This document shows, one piece after another, positions 1 to 23,642 of a DNA stretch of 64,000 nt (position 1 is the stretch's first letter; each line of letters starts with the position of its first letter). The position numbers and the translations under genes were made by a program. Location: the NCBI GenBank assembly GCA_001949185.1, contig BDGG01000001.1:3829586-3893585 (forward strand), given 5' to 3'. The notes beneath the pieces were generated by a model. The model ran no database searches. It was not told the origin of the DNA and saw only the letters and a list, made by a program, of their open reading frames with translations. Source of the DNA: Ramazzottius varieornatus (lineage: Eukaryota; Animalia; Tardigrada).

Positions 1-138
1 AGCTCCTGCAAAATACACATCTAAACCGTTAAGAATCGGACCTGGAAAGAGAACGGGAGGTTTAGAACGATGTAAGGGAAGAACTTGAGACTGACCTGCT
101 AGGCCCACGAGGGTCACAAGGAGCGGAGCGACGATCAT
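1..138 (-). CDS. Probable first coding exon (signal peptide MIVAPLLVTLVGLA) of a secreted-protein gene that continues beyond the left edge of the window
   Basis: On the minus strand, a CCACCATG Kozak context at 138 is followed by a hydrophobic 14-codon exon ending in a G|GTCAGT donor at 96. Candidate acceptors are at about 42 (TTTCCAG) and about 6 (TTTGCAG). Too short for homology recognition. Confidence 0.35.
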   Translation of the reverse strand, partial: MIVAPLLVTLVGLAGQSQVLPLHRSKPPVLFPGPILNGLDVYFAGA

Positions 139-2003
139 GGTGGATGAGGCACCACAATATGCTGGAGTCAATGGAATATATTCCAGATGTAACTAAAGCC
201 TCGATCGACAGGCTGAAATGGTCGGTCCTTCGGAACGGTAATCCCATATATACTGTCTTCGGCGGTAAGAAGGAAACGTGGCTTATCGGTCGGAGAGAAA
301 AAAGGTATGGGAAGGCCATCTTGATTTGCAGATGTTGACGGCCACGGGAGTAAAGTGCCGGCAGGGACAATGGGGGGAAAAGTTCTTTCACCACAGCTCG
401 CTACTTCAACGATGAGACTGGGATACGAAGCGGTAACTAAATTTCCGTACCGACATACAATAGATCGACCTTTGTTCTAAGAGGTTCATTGATACCTGGT
501 TTTTTTATGTAATCCGTCTTACATTTGTACTGCGTTATCGTTAATCTGCTTCAACTGTCCAACAGGAAATAAAACTGCTTTTCTTTGATAGGGAACGCAT
601 TCTCCTCGTCGATGTACGACTTTCAGTCCACTCGAACCTCGACCCGTTTGGCTTACCGGCATTCGAGCGGAAGTATCTGAAAGGTCCGCACGCGAACCAA
701 AGGAGCGGAGATGAATCTTTCGGGACGAAGGTACTTTATTAACCATTCACGTTAACGTTGGTCGGCAGTTTCGAATTTGGTTTGCGGAACGGCTGTCAGG
801 TTAACCGCAACAGCAAAGGGCCGCGTCCTCCGCGCAAAAATCCGGTGCCGCTATCGAACATTTCAATGCGTCAGAGCCCATGTAATAAGTCCTAAAGATG
901 ATTTTATATGAGATCATTTATCCCGAACAGTTGCGTCAGCAGGTCTGAATGCGTATTTTACACTATCAATTATTCCAATATTTGAGAATGGTCTCATCCA
1001 GATTGAAGCGTAATGTCGCTCTAGCCCACGTAGTATGAGCAGACGTAAACCACAGAACTGCATGAGCACTCAATAAAATTGTCTTTACAGGTACTCCGGT
1101 CGCGAAGGAGAGGCATATCCAAGATCACAGTGGTGAACTGTTGCAGAAACCAGGTAGGAAGCGGGTACGGGTGCGCCCCGTGCAACAGACACTTTCAGTG
1201 AGCTGAGTATCGCTAATCGTCAGTGTGTCACCTAGGGTTCGTCAGACATTTCTACTATGGTTACAGGTACGTTTCCTGATACCATCGTGTTCACCACCTA
1301 TATGTAGAGTTGCACTTGCCGTTCAATGTGGACAACTTGATTCGGAAGTTCAGATAAACCGGTATTTGCTGCAGTATATATGCTGGCTGATACCCGAGAC
1401 AGGTGCTGTACAGTAGGTGAAGACCCTTGAGATTCGCTCTTCCGCTTACCTGTACCATGAAACGACTGTCGGCCTTTTTCCAATACATTGCTTCACTGAA
1501 GTTGAAGCAACTTGTACTTGTAACTTACAAGATAGCCTGCTGCAACTTTACCTGCTGTTACCGTTTTTAATGTCGGAGCTGTAGTCCGTGCCAGATAAAG
1601 CTATAGTAAACCGGTGGACCACAGCAAGTTTCCATCAAACTCGCCATATATATTTACTTTACGGCCATGATGTTCGAGTCTAGATTCCAGTGTACCGCGA
1701 CAACATTACGTCGTCGTGAAACTTTATATTTCTCTGAGAATTCAACGCTTTTTTAGCAGTTGTTTCTACCGGCTGTCTGCCTGGTTTGGTCTAAGGGGAA
1801 AAAAACATCTGGCTGTAGCTGCTCCTATGAGGGGTGTCCAGATTCCCTACATTCTCTATCTTGATACTCTCTTATATTTTCCATTGCTCGGAAGCCGAAC
1901 CTAGCGATCGCTAATACAATTCACTTTCGCCATCGATTCGGTTCGTCGGCAACTTCTTCAACCATTGCTTTTTCGGCCACCGTTGCAGTCAGTCCGACGC
2001 GAG

Positions 2004-12389
<10,386 letters not shown>

Positions 12390-13229
12390 GCGGAGGTGGA
12401 CGTGCTGAACGCCTGCAGATTTAAGTGTGATTGTCGTGAAGAATGGATGAGAAAACTACAGTACGGTGAAAATCTCTGATCTTGACTGTAACATGGATTA
12501 TCACTGTTCTTTTTCCCTGGGCAACGTGTCTCCTCCGATATTATCTGTATGACTGTCGACCTTTTTTGTTTTTGATTTTTGTGCAAAGGCAAGAAAGAAG
12601 TACTCTGCTCGAGATATTTCAATGCTTTTGTTAAGAAGTACTTCCTTCTTCTTCTTCTCCTTCTCCTCCTCCTTCTCTCTATCTTCTCTCGTTTGCATAA
12701 CCGGAAAATGTCTTATGTGAGTTTCGTAGCTGGTATTTATCGTATCTAACCCTTGGGTTTTGTTTTGTTCTGTTGTTTTCGGTGACCTATAATTTTCAAA
12801 CGGAAGTTGGGCATGGGCCTATGAATTGTGCCAGATCGTTTTCCCACGGGGCGCACGCTGCCAGCCAATATCAATGTAGATGTGCGTCACTTGAAATGAA
12901 GATCTGGCTCAGCTCGTTTGCCCACGTCCCAAGCACGCGTGTAGTGGTGAACTTTGATCGCCTGTGCATGCGCACAAGGCTTTGACTTCCTCTCGGGCAG
13001 CATACACTCTCTTTCTTCTGGACTGAATTTATCCATAGGCTCTTTATTACAGAAAGGCTTGATGATGTCGACGTCGCTCAGTCGTGAGAGCCACTCCTGA
13101 ATCTTTTGTTGACACAACCTTTACGGTTCCGTCAATACCACAAACGAGGAATGTAAAAAAGGCGAAATATTCTTGGAATGTTTCGATCATAAACTTTGAA
13201 CTAAAAACTTTACTACAGGCTAAATTGTT

Positions 13230-14221
13230 TTATGCTGTGCGGACGACGACGAACCGCGTTCCGGCAGGCTGAGCGGTTTCAACGGGGACCACCGCGACAG
13301 GCTCGACGGCCTCGGCAGGTGCGTCACTGCGGCCGGAACTGGTCAAGTTGACAACGGGGACCTGGATAGGTATCGTTCTGATGGCAGGTACCTGGTTCGC
13401 TTTCACTGGGGTAAACTTGATTCTGTTTGCAGCCGGCTGGATAGGAGCACTGTTGCCACTGGTGCTGGTGATCACGTAGCCGGCGGGGGGAGTGTCTGAT
13501 GAAATGAAAGAAAAATATAGCGGTGTTTCCAAGAGTCGGTAGTTGGTAGAGGGATGGGAGAAACTTACCAAACAGTTGCTGGTCGGTGTACAGACGGGAG
13601 TTGGCAAAGTTGGAGAACTCTTTGGAAGATACACAGTCGACGTTGTACCAGTAATCGCAAACCAAGGTGAGCTGAAAAATCAAATGTTTATTGTTTCCTT
13701 GTAGATTTCTTTTTGATCCCGAATCTTACCTGGTTAAAAACCGTGGTGTTTACGCAAATGTAACTGTAAGGATGAGCTTTGTAATTTAAGAAACACTCAT
13801 CAGAGTAAGAATGTTCAGTTTTCAGGGACTGGATGCGAAGTCACCAACCAGGCTTCAGCTTACGTGGTAAGATTTCCTTGCACATCACATCGATGGAAGA
13901 CCTGACATTGGGTCTCGACATCTGCGTAATATCTACAAGAAAAGATACTCTTCCCGAAGAACCTCAGCGAACCGCAGGAATTTCCACTCCAGCATTATGA
14001 TATCAGACGACGTACCCGGGCTGGTCCTGCTGGGTGCAGGTGAAGGTGGTCGTTGGAAGATTGTTGACGTCGTATGTAGGATAAGCATTGGCATTCCGAC
14101 TGGCCATTATTATGTCGATTTCGGCGGCAGTAAGTGGCTGCTTCAGCAGGTCGAAGATGTACCGGCCTTGTGGAGCGCACCAGCACACCGTCAAGCAGAG
14201 CGAAAGGAGAAAGACCTTCAT
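13230..14221 (-). CDS. Secreted chitin-binding type-2 (CBM14/peritrophin-A) domain protein with a Pro/Val/Ala-rich tail
   Basis: Exons: 14221-14016, 13932-13864, 13763-13730, 13671-13569, 13495-13230. Signal peptide MKVFLLSLCLTVCWCA. Six-Cys CBM14 pattern: FTC...PGYYADVETQCQVFHRC...YICVNTTVFNQLTLVCDYWYNVDC. Confidence 0.9.
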
Positions 14222-15269
14222 GTTAGCGACAAGTGCGAAGAACTTGGCGAACTCAGATAAAAGCTAGCTATGGAGCACTACGACGTTTCTTGCAGAAGAC
14301 TGGAAACTACCAAGCGGGAGCCAGTTTACGCTATTTTATACTGAACCGGAAGCACGCAAAGAGGAGGCTACAAAATATTCAAGAATGATTTGCTGGAGGG
14401 CAGTTCTCCGACCTCAGGATGATCTTGAATGTTCTTCACAAAGCCGTGGCTTAAATCAAAGCCAATAATTCGTATCGCTTGCCAGGAAAGTCATCGTTTG
14501 CGGCTTCTTTCAACAAGTTTATCACAAGGTGTCTTTACATGTTGTTGTCACTTTCAAAAGAGTTACACCATGTTATTATCCTTACAGAACACTGCCTGTT
14601 GAGCAATTTACAGGCAAGTACCGCTTTAAAATTCCGAAGACCTCGTCTCTTACGGATCTTGGTCCTCCAAGCACCGTTCCAAAGACCATACGGTGAGCAA
14701 CCGGAAGCAGACGAAGCCGAGGATCTTCGCCATACCACACGAGGTCCGTACAGGTATCGATTTCCTGCCCAAAATATTCTGCATGTCGTTCGAATTCGTT
14801 CCTATCAATATCATTTGCTAGAAAGTGACAGTGAACTGGGTGGGTTTTTCTCCAGATCGCTACACAGAACTGGTTTCACGGACAATAAGCAGTGCGTATG
14901 GTGAAAGATTGTTGTTCAACTTGAACAATGAAGCTGATTCATATTTCAAGTACGAAAAAAGAACCCCTCTTGTCAGACTTCTGACCAGTGTGTCTAATAT
15001 TTAACCGGCTTGATGCAGCACGATCTTGTACGAAACCAATCAGACTATGCCTACTAACCTACAGCCGGTAGCGAACAGACAGAAGAACGCTGCCTCTTTT
15101 TGCTGATGATTGTCGAGAAATCTCGCGGAAAAACGAGGTCAGTTATAGAGTCGTTGTCTCATCGTCGTTGTTTCAAGTGTGTTAATAGTTTCCTTTGACG
15201 ACGAGGTTCTCCGTGTTGTTTATAACCCTTTTCTAACAATCCTGGGATTTGGACTACAATTATTCTAAG

Positions 15270-17075
15270 ATGAATAAAGTATTATTACACGTTGTTCTGG
15301 TGGCTGTACTCGGGGAACTACTCATCTCGGTATGGGCAGAAGAGCCGGAAGTACGGCACCATTTAGGGAAGAAATGCGTTGTCAAACGGCGGAACTCCAC
15401 TCGTCCACATGCGCCAAAATCTCATACGAATCCTGTCGAGCGTAAGCGTGGTTTCTTGGCGGTATCGAGCATACTGAAGCGACTCCGGAATTGTAAAATA
15501 TACAGATGAGAACTATAGGTCTGTTTTACGGCTTTCATTTTAGAAATATTCCTAAGGGAGCCCAAGATCAAAGAAGATACGTCAGACGTCTCAGCAACGG
15601 CAGCACCTGGTCAGTCTGGGGTTGTTAGCGGGGCTCCTGGTCAAGATGTGGTTGTTCGCTCTATTCAGAACCTCAACGAGGACGAGCAGGAAGTCCACAG
15701 TACATCGGCACCCTCCACGACGTCCACCGCTGCCGCCAGCACTTCGGACACGCAAGGTCAGTTCTTCGGAATGGCAAGCGATGACTTCGACTCAGACACT
15801 CTTACTGGAAGTGCCACTGTGAAGTCGGCTAGCCAAGCAAGTACCACAACCACCACCAGACATGCGCCAACTACTAGCTCTACCACGACTACCAAAGCCA
15901 CTACGACTACCACCGCAGCAACCAGACTTTCTTCCACAACAAAGCCCACCCGAAAACCGACAACAGCGTCCACTGTAGCTACTACTGCTACATTAACCGC
16001 TCATAAATTGCCCCCTGTCCAGCTGGAAGGCAGTACAAGGCCTCAACCTTTCAGGGACCATGCCGCTGCACGCGTTACCAAAGCAGCGCAACCGACCACT
16101 ACGACTACCCCTCTGGCTACCACCCGACCCACAACACAAGCTCGAACCAGAAGGACGACCACCACGACAACGGAAGCCCCAACAACTGAAGTTACTGCTG
16201 CTACAGAAGCAGCTACGGACGACAGGGGAGTTGAAATTGACGAGAGCGCCACCAAGATGGAAGTGACCACCACGACGACGACGACAACGCCATCTACCAT
16301 AGTGACCTCAGCTTCGCGAAAACGTCCGACGAAAGCGCGAACTCAGTCCAAAGCAACGACCACGTCGACCACAGAAGCACCTACGACTGTTACAACAACG
16401 GAAGCCTTAACCACTGAGGCATTCCATGATTTAGCTGATCAGGATGTTCCTTCGGCGTTGGAAACAGCCGACAAGGAGAAACGGGCGTTTGCCACACGAA
16501 GGCCTATTCCGCGGACACCCCGTTCTCTTTCAGAGTCTTCTCAGTCCAAAAACGTACTTCTCGATGTAGCAGAGGTGGCTGACAAAGATGATACCACCGG
16601 GTTGCAGCGAGTCAACGGTCCAGGTACGCCACTGCTGGATGGGTCTTACCTCAGCGACCCCTGGATGTGCCGAGTCAACAAAAGTGTGGTCCGTTCTCCT
16701 GTCATCATGAAGACCTGCCAAGGTGTCGAGAAGCAAATTGTCGACTTGCGCGTGTATAAACTGGCGGGTATTCCAATCGAAGAATGCGTGTAAGTAATTT
16801 CTTCTGTCCGCCGAAAGTGATTAGTGAAAGTGAATATGATTGATGAGGTATTTTGTAGGACGACTCCCGTGATTCTCGGTGACCGCTGTACTTCACTGAA
16901 TGGCGGAAGAGCAAGATGCGCCCAGCGATACGTCAGATACGGTCTAATAGCCAAAGATCTTGACAGCGACAAAAAGGCCCATGAATGCTTCAGATTTCCA
17001 AGTGCTTGTCTCTGTCAGATAATTTTAGCCAATACTGCTGACACCTCTGCGGCTGATGACGTCGGTCAGCTCTAG
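15270..17075 (+). CDS. Secreted Spaetzle-like cystine-knot growth factor with a long Thr-rich mucin-like prodomain
   Basis: Exons: 15270-15441, 15544-16789, 16859-17075. Signal peptide, then a Thr/Ser/Ala-rich region, then a C-terminal domain WMC...IEEC...DRC...RCAQRY...FRFPSACLC matching the Spz/NGF-like CxQxY and PSxCxC pattern. Confidence 0.8.
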
Positions 17076-19495
17076 ATCTTGACGAACTTAACCTTCTTCC
17101 TACAGTCTTCAAGTGCCGTTCCAGCTCTCTCCGGTCGATATCTTCTGGATGAAATGAAAACAATCGTGATTCTTAGGCATATGGGTCCCTCGTGCGCGCC
17201 GGTTTTGCTGAGCTCGCGAAAACCTCAATGGTAATTTGGTTTTCCGGTATCGACTTGCAAATCACATGCTAAATCCCTATCAAAGTCCTCCTTGCATGCA
17301 TAATCGTGATCTCGTATTGTCGAACAGTTAAGTCCTTTTGTGCGTCAGTCTTTGCTCGTCTTTCTGCACCAACTGAACCGGAGAGATGTGTTGTACTTTA
17401 TGGTTTTCCGCGACGTTTCACTTCCGTTGGACCCATCGTTAGACCGCCGGTGTTCAAACTTTAAAGTCGATATCGAATAGTTCGACATATACCGGTAAAA
17501 GCGTAAAAGGTTTGGCGTGGGTTTCAGTTTACTATGAAATGCACACAGAATAGACTTTAAAGTAAAGCAAGGAGAGGTGCAAGTAAAAGAGCTCTAGGCA
17601 AAGCAAATAGACAATGAAGTCTTTTGTCAATAAAGTTATTTCTTACCTGCCGGTTCTGCAGCTAGTGATAACACGAGAAATTTCCTCGGGTTTCCGTATA
17701 CCGGCATCAGCTGCCAAGCGTACCCGGACTGTACGATCTGCCAACCGCAAAACGTAAAATTCTACTCACCGCTCTGACAAGTGACTCGGCAAAGGAACCA
17801 CACTACCTTTTATGTCTTTACAGTTTCGCTCTCGAATAGACCCGAACAGCTCTTAACGACATCTTTACATCCACTTGGCCACTTTTATACCGAAAACATA
17901 TCACGGATTTACGCCTTCTGATAGAATAGAGTTTCATCACGCCGAGTAACAGGTAATTCGAGTTCCGCGATTCTGACCCGGCTTCACCCTGATTCAACCA
18001 ACAGCCTCTCGACGTTGGGAAATCGGTCTTGCTGTTCGCCCTACCCATCAAAAGTGCATTCGTCTGCAGCTTTCCTTCAAATTTGAGCGATTCCAGTATC
18101 ACGTCCTCATGTGATTGTGGTATGTGCAACGTCGGAAAGAAGATTGCCGTTAATCATTCTTTTGTATTGTTAGAAGATAGTATTGTTGACCATTGATACT
18201 TCGATCTCGCTTACCCGGAATTACAATTATTGGTCCTGCTATCAGGTAAACGGGCACGGTGAGATAGTGGGTTCCCATAATCCTGTTCATTTGCTCATTT
18301 CGAAAAAGTCAACATTGGAACACCCCGTCGATTCGTCGCTTGTTTTCTGGCCTTTCTGCGCTGGCAGAATTCTTATATCACACGACCGGAAGTCTTTTCC
18401 TTACCTAGGAACCAAAGCCATTCATCCGACCGGATACGTTTTACACGTCGTCCGGCGACAGACCCAAAGGTAAGCATCACAGCGCGCAGCTGCGCTTCGT
18501 AACTCGCAAAGTCTCAAATCGTAATCGTCATGGATATAAAACTTTATGATTCCATAAATTTTGATCGACCGATATTAGAAAACTTCTTTGATTCACCAAA
18601 ATTATCAACTTAATTTACTGGGAAGTCCGGAACAAGTAAACCGCGCTTCTCTTCCGGTGGCGCCAAGCCAGCCAGCCCGTCATGGCGGACCATCATATCA
18701 ACAGCGGCAAAACAGCCGGCTAGTCCGCCGAAACAAAGAGGGCGCCTCATCAATGTGCTGGAGGCCTTCAAGGTCTCCAATTTGCACGTGCTGCATTCAG
18801 CTTGCACGTGCGGATCTCCTTCCATACGAAGATGGATTCATTGTTTCATAATCACTACCTGTCAAGCATCCTGATCGATTCCCGGTTCAGGCTGTTCTCA
18901 AGCAACGATTAGGTGTTCTTTGGGGAAGAAGGCCAAGTAGGAACGCAGGACGGAGGCTGTACTATGTTTAGCACACAGACGCCCGATCGGTCGTACGTTT
19001 GCTTTTTTTGAATTTTTAATTTCATTTCCTGGTTCACCGAAAATTGTTTTGATATTGTTCGAATGTTCCTACTTGACAAGCAAACGAGCCATAGAAAAGC
19101 TATGAACGTGAAGCGGCAGCGATTATATCATTCATTGATATGCAGACGTCTTTGACATTGTATGCATGCATGCAAGTGAGCACGTCTGACCGTGGTGAGC
19201 GCAAAGTATTGGTCTCTATGACGCAGCTTACGCATTGCCACCGAATTCACCAGTAAACCCTTTCTGTCGTTTGGCTCGTTTCTACCGGCTACTGTGCGCT
19301 GGACTGTTGTAACATCTGGGGAACGGGCGCTTGTAACCATACAAAATATCTATCTTGGAAGCGGAATATTCATTTTTATGTTATTTGGAATACGCGATTT
19401 CCTCTGGATGATCTGGATATTGGATGGTTGCAGGTTGGACAGCGGGGTTACTTTCCAAGTGGATGGACAGGGTCTGAACGTCCATTTGCAGCGAC

Positions 19496-21798
19496 ATGGA
19501 CATCGTGCTGGATTACTGTGACGAGCACTGGTTGACTCCCTACGTTTATCCCACTTCCCTTCCTCCTGGGAACGTTTTCAGGCAGCTACTTTCCCTCAGT
19601 GTGATCGTCGTCAGCGGCGGATATACCCTCTACTTCCTAACTGCCGCCCTCAATTATTATTTCATATTTGACCATCGGCTCAAGCTGCATCCGCAGTATC
19701 TGAAGGTACGCCGTGTCTGCTGTATGCAAATAATATGCAGCTTTTTGCTTTGTTATCCCCTCGGGTGGAAAGAAGAAAAAAAAGAAGGCGAATGATTAGC
19801 AAGTTGATCGATAATTCTATTCTATACGCTTTACCACCTGTTTGACTGTCTTTACCTGTCAATATGCCGTGATTTGTAAGAATGCAAGCTTACGGGCAGT
19901 TACGTTCTTCCTTGTGATTGCATGTGAACCTCAAAGTCCATCCTTCGGCGAAGACGTCCATTAGTCAAAGTCAGTCACCCGATTCCTGTCTAGTTTTTGC
20001 CGCACGTTGAACGTATCGTGAGAAGCTTCGATGGACTTTCGAATCTGGACCGCGGCCATTACAGTCCGCTCACTCGAGATCCGTACACTGCCTTGCGAAC
20101 TCATTTTGAGGCCCGCTATACACACACCACACAGCATGCCAAGCTTGACGCCAAATTACATAACACATGCTCTACACCGTACTTTAACTGGCGTGATCAA
20201 GTAATCAAGTCGCTTGTGTCCGGCTGTGGGGCCATGGCGAGCAGCCTCGTTGCAGGATTTTCCCATTTCGAAATCAGAAAAAAGTGTACGGATCTTGAGC
20301 GAGTGGACTGTACAGTTGACTTGTTATAAATTATGATGAGTCATCGAAAAAAAAGCCATCAAAGGCGCGCTCAGCCAATATATTAGCGATCCCTCATTGA
20401 TTTGTATTTATATATTGCAGAATCAAGTACAGATGGAGATCGAATGTTCCCTCAAATCGATACCATACATGTCTCTTCTTTCGACGGTCATGTTCCTGTT
20501 GGAAGTTCGTGGGCATGGCAAGCTGTTCGACCATTTCAGCGAGACGTCGTTAGGTAAGAGGAACTCGCATGTGCTGCCCGAGCATGAGCTCGACCTCTGG
20601 CCTCCCCATCTGTGCCACCGGTTCTGTTTTACCATACTTGTTCGGAAATCTAAGCCTAGATTACTCCGGAAGTAAACATGCCAAGCTAAAAATATGAAAT
20701 TTTGTGTACAAAAGCAACATCTAAGTATATGAGTTAACTTTCAAAATTTCGCACGCTGTGAAACTGACCACGCCCTGTTTTTTACAGGATATTGGAGCGT
20801 ACCAGTCTACAGTGCATCCTTCATCGTCTTCACGGACTCGCTGATATACTGGATACATCGGGCATTACATTCCAAGTACCTGTATAAACGATTGCACAAG
20901 ACACATCATAAATGGAAGATACCGACACCGTTCGCCAGCCATGCCTTTAACCCTATCGACGGGTTTCTGCAGTCTTCGCCGTACCACATTTACGTCTTTC
21001 TCTTCCCCATGCACAAATGGACCTACCTAGGTTTGTTTGTCTTCGTCAATGTTTGGACAGTGTCCATCCATGATGGCAATTACCAGGTTCCTGAAAGGCT
21101 GAAACAAATCATCAACGGTGCGGCACATCATATGGACCATCACGTCTATTATAACTACAACTATGGGCAGTTTTTCACACTGTGGGATCGCCTCGGAAAG
21201 TACGTGCTGCCACCTACCCCAGTACTTTCAGCGCGTAAAAAACATTCCTCTTTTTCCAAGTTTATTTCCTTTTTGCAAGAAACGCTGAGACGACTAGGGC
21301 GACGCACCGTAATTTAGACATAAAACTTTGCGCACTACTAGCGTAGACAACTACTGAATGTCTAACTCCAATTGAAAATAAAAAGCTAGTTTGAGCAAGA
21401 GTGCGAAATCAGTGTGAAAAGTGATTTGAGATCTTTGCTCTTTTGATAGGTCGTACCGCAACCCTAGCTCATTCGAAGGAGACGGGCCTCTGCAACAAGT
21501 GGAGAAGCGTCAAGAGCTCCAGAGACGCCTATCCCTATCGGCTGCCGGTGACATTGCAGAGTCCACAGTTCTTACGGACTCGCCGCCCAGGACGCCCGAC
21601 GAACCCGAGCGAGAAGTTGAGCTCATACGAGAGACTGTTATCATAAAGGAGACTATCACGCAGGAAGCAATTCAGGCGACAAGAGAAGTCAACTACGGGT
21701 TTAGCAAAGGCCACGTGCGGACGAGGTCTCTTACGCAGCAATGCGAAGACTTCTTTGCGGAAGCGTTTGCGCAAAACTGTCTGAAGAAGATTGACTAA
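19496..21798 (+). CDS. SC5D: Sterol C5-desaturase (lathosterol oxidase, ERG3/SC5D family)
   Basis: Exons: 19496-19705, 20421-20553, 20788-21199, 21450-21798. His boxes [16 protein letters not shown] and AHHMDHH; [25 protein letters not shown] and NPSSFEG closely match vertebrate SC5D. Confidence 0.93.
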
Positions 21799-22083
21799 AG
21801 TGTTCCTTTTGAGCTGGTTGACGGTTCTTGAGTTCTACGAGCGATTAGCTCACCTTCCTTCCTTCTGTTTGTTTGTTACCTTTTACAAAGTGGCAAAATG
21901 CCGTTACTTCAGTTTAGATAAAGATTCTTATATTCGATCACAATAGTCCACCTTTCGTTAATTTGCATTTTACCACAGTTTTGTACGAAATCTTCCTTAT
22001 CGACAAAAGCTCTACCTTCTTCAAGCCTGCAAAGTTTTATTCGAAAAGCTATGCTATTCGTGAGAGAGATAAAGAAAATTGAA

Positions 22084-23229
22084 TCAAAGAAACGAACCAC
22101 AGCTCTTCAACGAGAGTAACTGTTTCTTCAGTTCAGACTGAAAGTTCTCCGTGCAAAAGGGTTCCTTCGTACAGTCACCAGTCCCGTTCAGAATATCCGG
22201 ATACTTTTCCGCAATAAGTTGCAATGCGGCTTTCCGTAAACCAGTGTGTGCTCCATAGTCGTTCGCAATTTTGAAACACCTCAACTCTCCTTCGACCTCC
22301 ACATTCCTCAGTAAATAATCCGCCGCTTCGTCTATCAAGCCCGTAACATTGAACATATGCGCCAGTTTGAGTACCTCCACTCCATATCCCATCACCGTTC
22401 CTTCATGTAGTATCCCATTGTAACAATAGACCACGAAGGCCGTGACAGCCGGCGTATGGAACTGTTTGAGCAAGATGTCCGTAGACTCTCCCATATGGTC
22501 GATGGCTTCCTTCAAGACATTCGACATTTCTCGCATGAAAGCTTTGTGCGCAGGCACCCGTTCGTCTTGCGCGGTCACGAAGAATAGGTCGTTAAGGAAG
22601 AGCATATCGGGGATAAAGTGCGGTAACGAAGGCGGGTACATCTGTCTCCGATTCCCAAACTCCTTCTCACCAAAAGTATCAAAGGCAACGGTCAAAGTCA
22701 GACGTAGAGCTCCATGAACGTAGCATCTATCAGTGAACAGGGCGGTCAAGTTATCTGGATACTGCCAGCAGTAATAAATAAAGTTCGGGCTGGCTTGGCG
22801 AATCGTGGCGGAAGTATCCTCTGTGTCGGCCGGCCCTGCTGCATTGAACTGTTCGTCTGTGCTGAAGATACTGTGGCCGGCTCGAACCCGAAAGCCCACA
22901 GCGTCTTCTGGACAATGGGTCAGAATTAATTGTCCTTCTACGAAACGCTCCTCCGCTTTACGCTGACGAGGATCTCCGAGGACCAAGACGAGTATCCATC
23001 GGGTTCGCTTGGGTCCTTCGAACTCGGGACTACGGATCTCTGAGTGACGCATAGATAACAGCGCAAAATTGTCGATCGTCCATTTCAGTGTAGACGATAC
23101 ATCGAGATGGATACTATCGGTCACGAAGGTCTCACGAAGAACCATCTCGGTGTTGTCCTTAGCCATACTATCCGAAGCCATGCTCGCATTACTGGCCACA
23201 CTGCTATTGACACAAACACTGTTATCCAT
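22084..23229 (-). CDS. MATH + BTB/POZ domain protein (SPOP/roadkill-like Cullin-3 adaptor), single coding exon
   Basis: First ATG at 23229 in the 391-codon ORF. MATH-like LKWTIDNF...IRSPEF...RWILVL; BTB-like DLFFVT...VPAHKAFM...SNVLKEAI...FVVYCYNG...LKLAHMFNVTGL; BACK-like IANDYG...LRKAALQLI. Confidence 0.85.
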   Translation of the reverse strand: MDNSVCVNSSVASNASMASDSMAKDNTEMVLRETFVTDSIHLDVSSTLKWTIDNFALLSMRHSEIRSPEFEGPKRTRWILVLVLGDPRQRKAEERFVEGQLILTHCPEDAVGFRVRAGHSIFSTDEQFNAAGPADTEDTSATIRQASPNFIYYCWQYPDNLTALFTDRCYVHGALRLTLTVAFDTFGEKEFGNRRQMYPPSLPHFIPDMLFLNDLFFVTAQDERVPAHKAFMREMSNVLKEAIDHMGESTDILLKQFHTPAVTAFVVYCYNGILHEGTVMGYGVEVLKLAHMFNVTGLIDEAADYLLRNVEVEGELRCFKIANDYGAHTGLRKAALQLIAEKYPDILNGTGDCTKEPFCTENFQSELKKQLLSLKSCGSFL

Positions 23230-23642
23230 GTTTCGGATGGTGCTCCGACCAAAGGGCAAAGTTCAGAACATCCTTCTAATTAGAATTTGGGAGCGAAGGA
23301 GTCTGCAGAATCGTTCTAATCGTCACCACGCCAACTAAATGCGGCGTAGCTCTCGTCCAAACACACTGAAACAGGAAACTCGCGCGGAGTTTTTTGTACG
23401 TACGGAAATCTTGATCGTTTGCTCTCTACAAGAACAAAACTAGAGAGAAGTTCCCAGATGAACCATGACTTGAAAACAGAAGAATTTTAAGAAAAAGTCC
23501 CGATCGGGGTAACAAACTACAGTACGTGAACGGAAGGTAGTACTGTAAAAAGGTTTCTGTCGCAGAAAATCACAAATGTGGAGAAATACATCGAGTCAAC
23601 AAACCTAGTTTGACCATCTCGGCCTACATAGGCTGCGCAGTA

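Noticed and set aside
12640-12692. CT-rich tract and an antisense E/K-rich ORF
   Set aside because: Low-complexity sequence in the ATPase 3' UTR.
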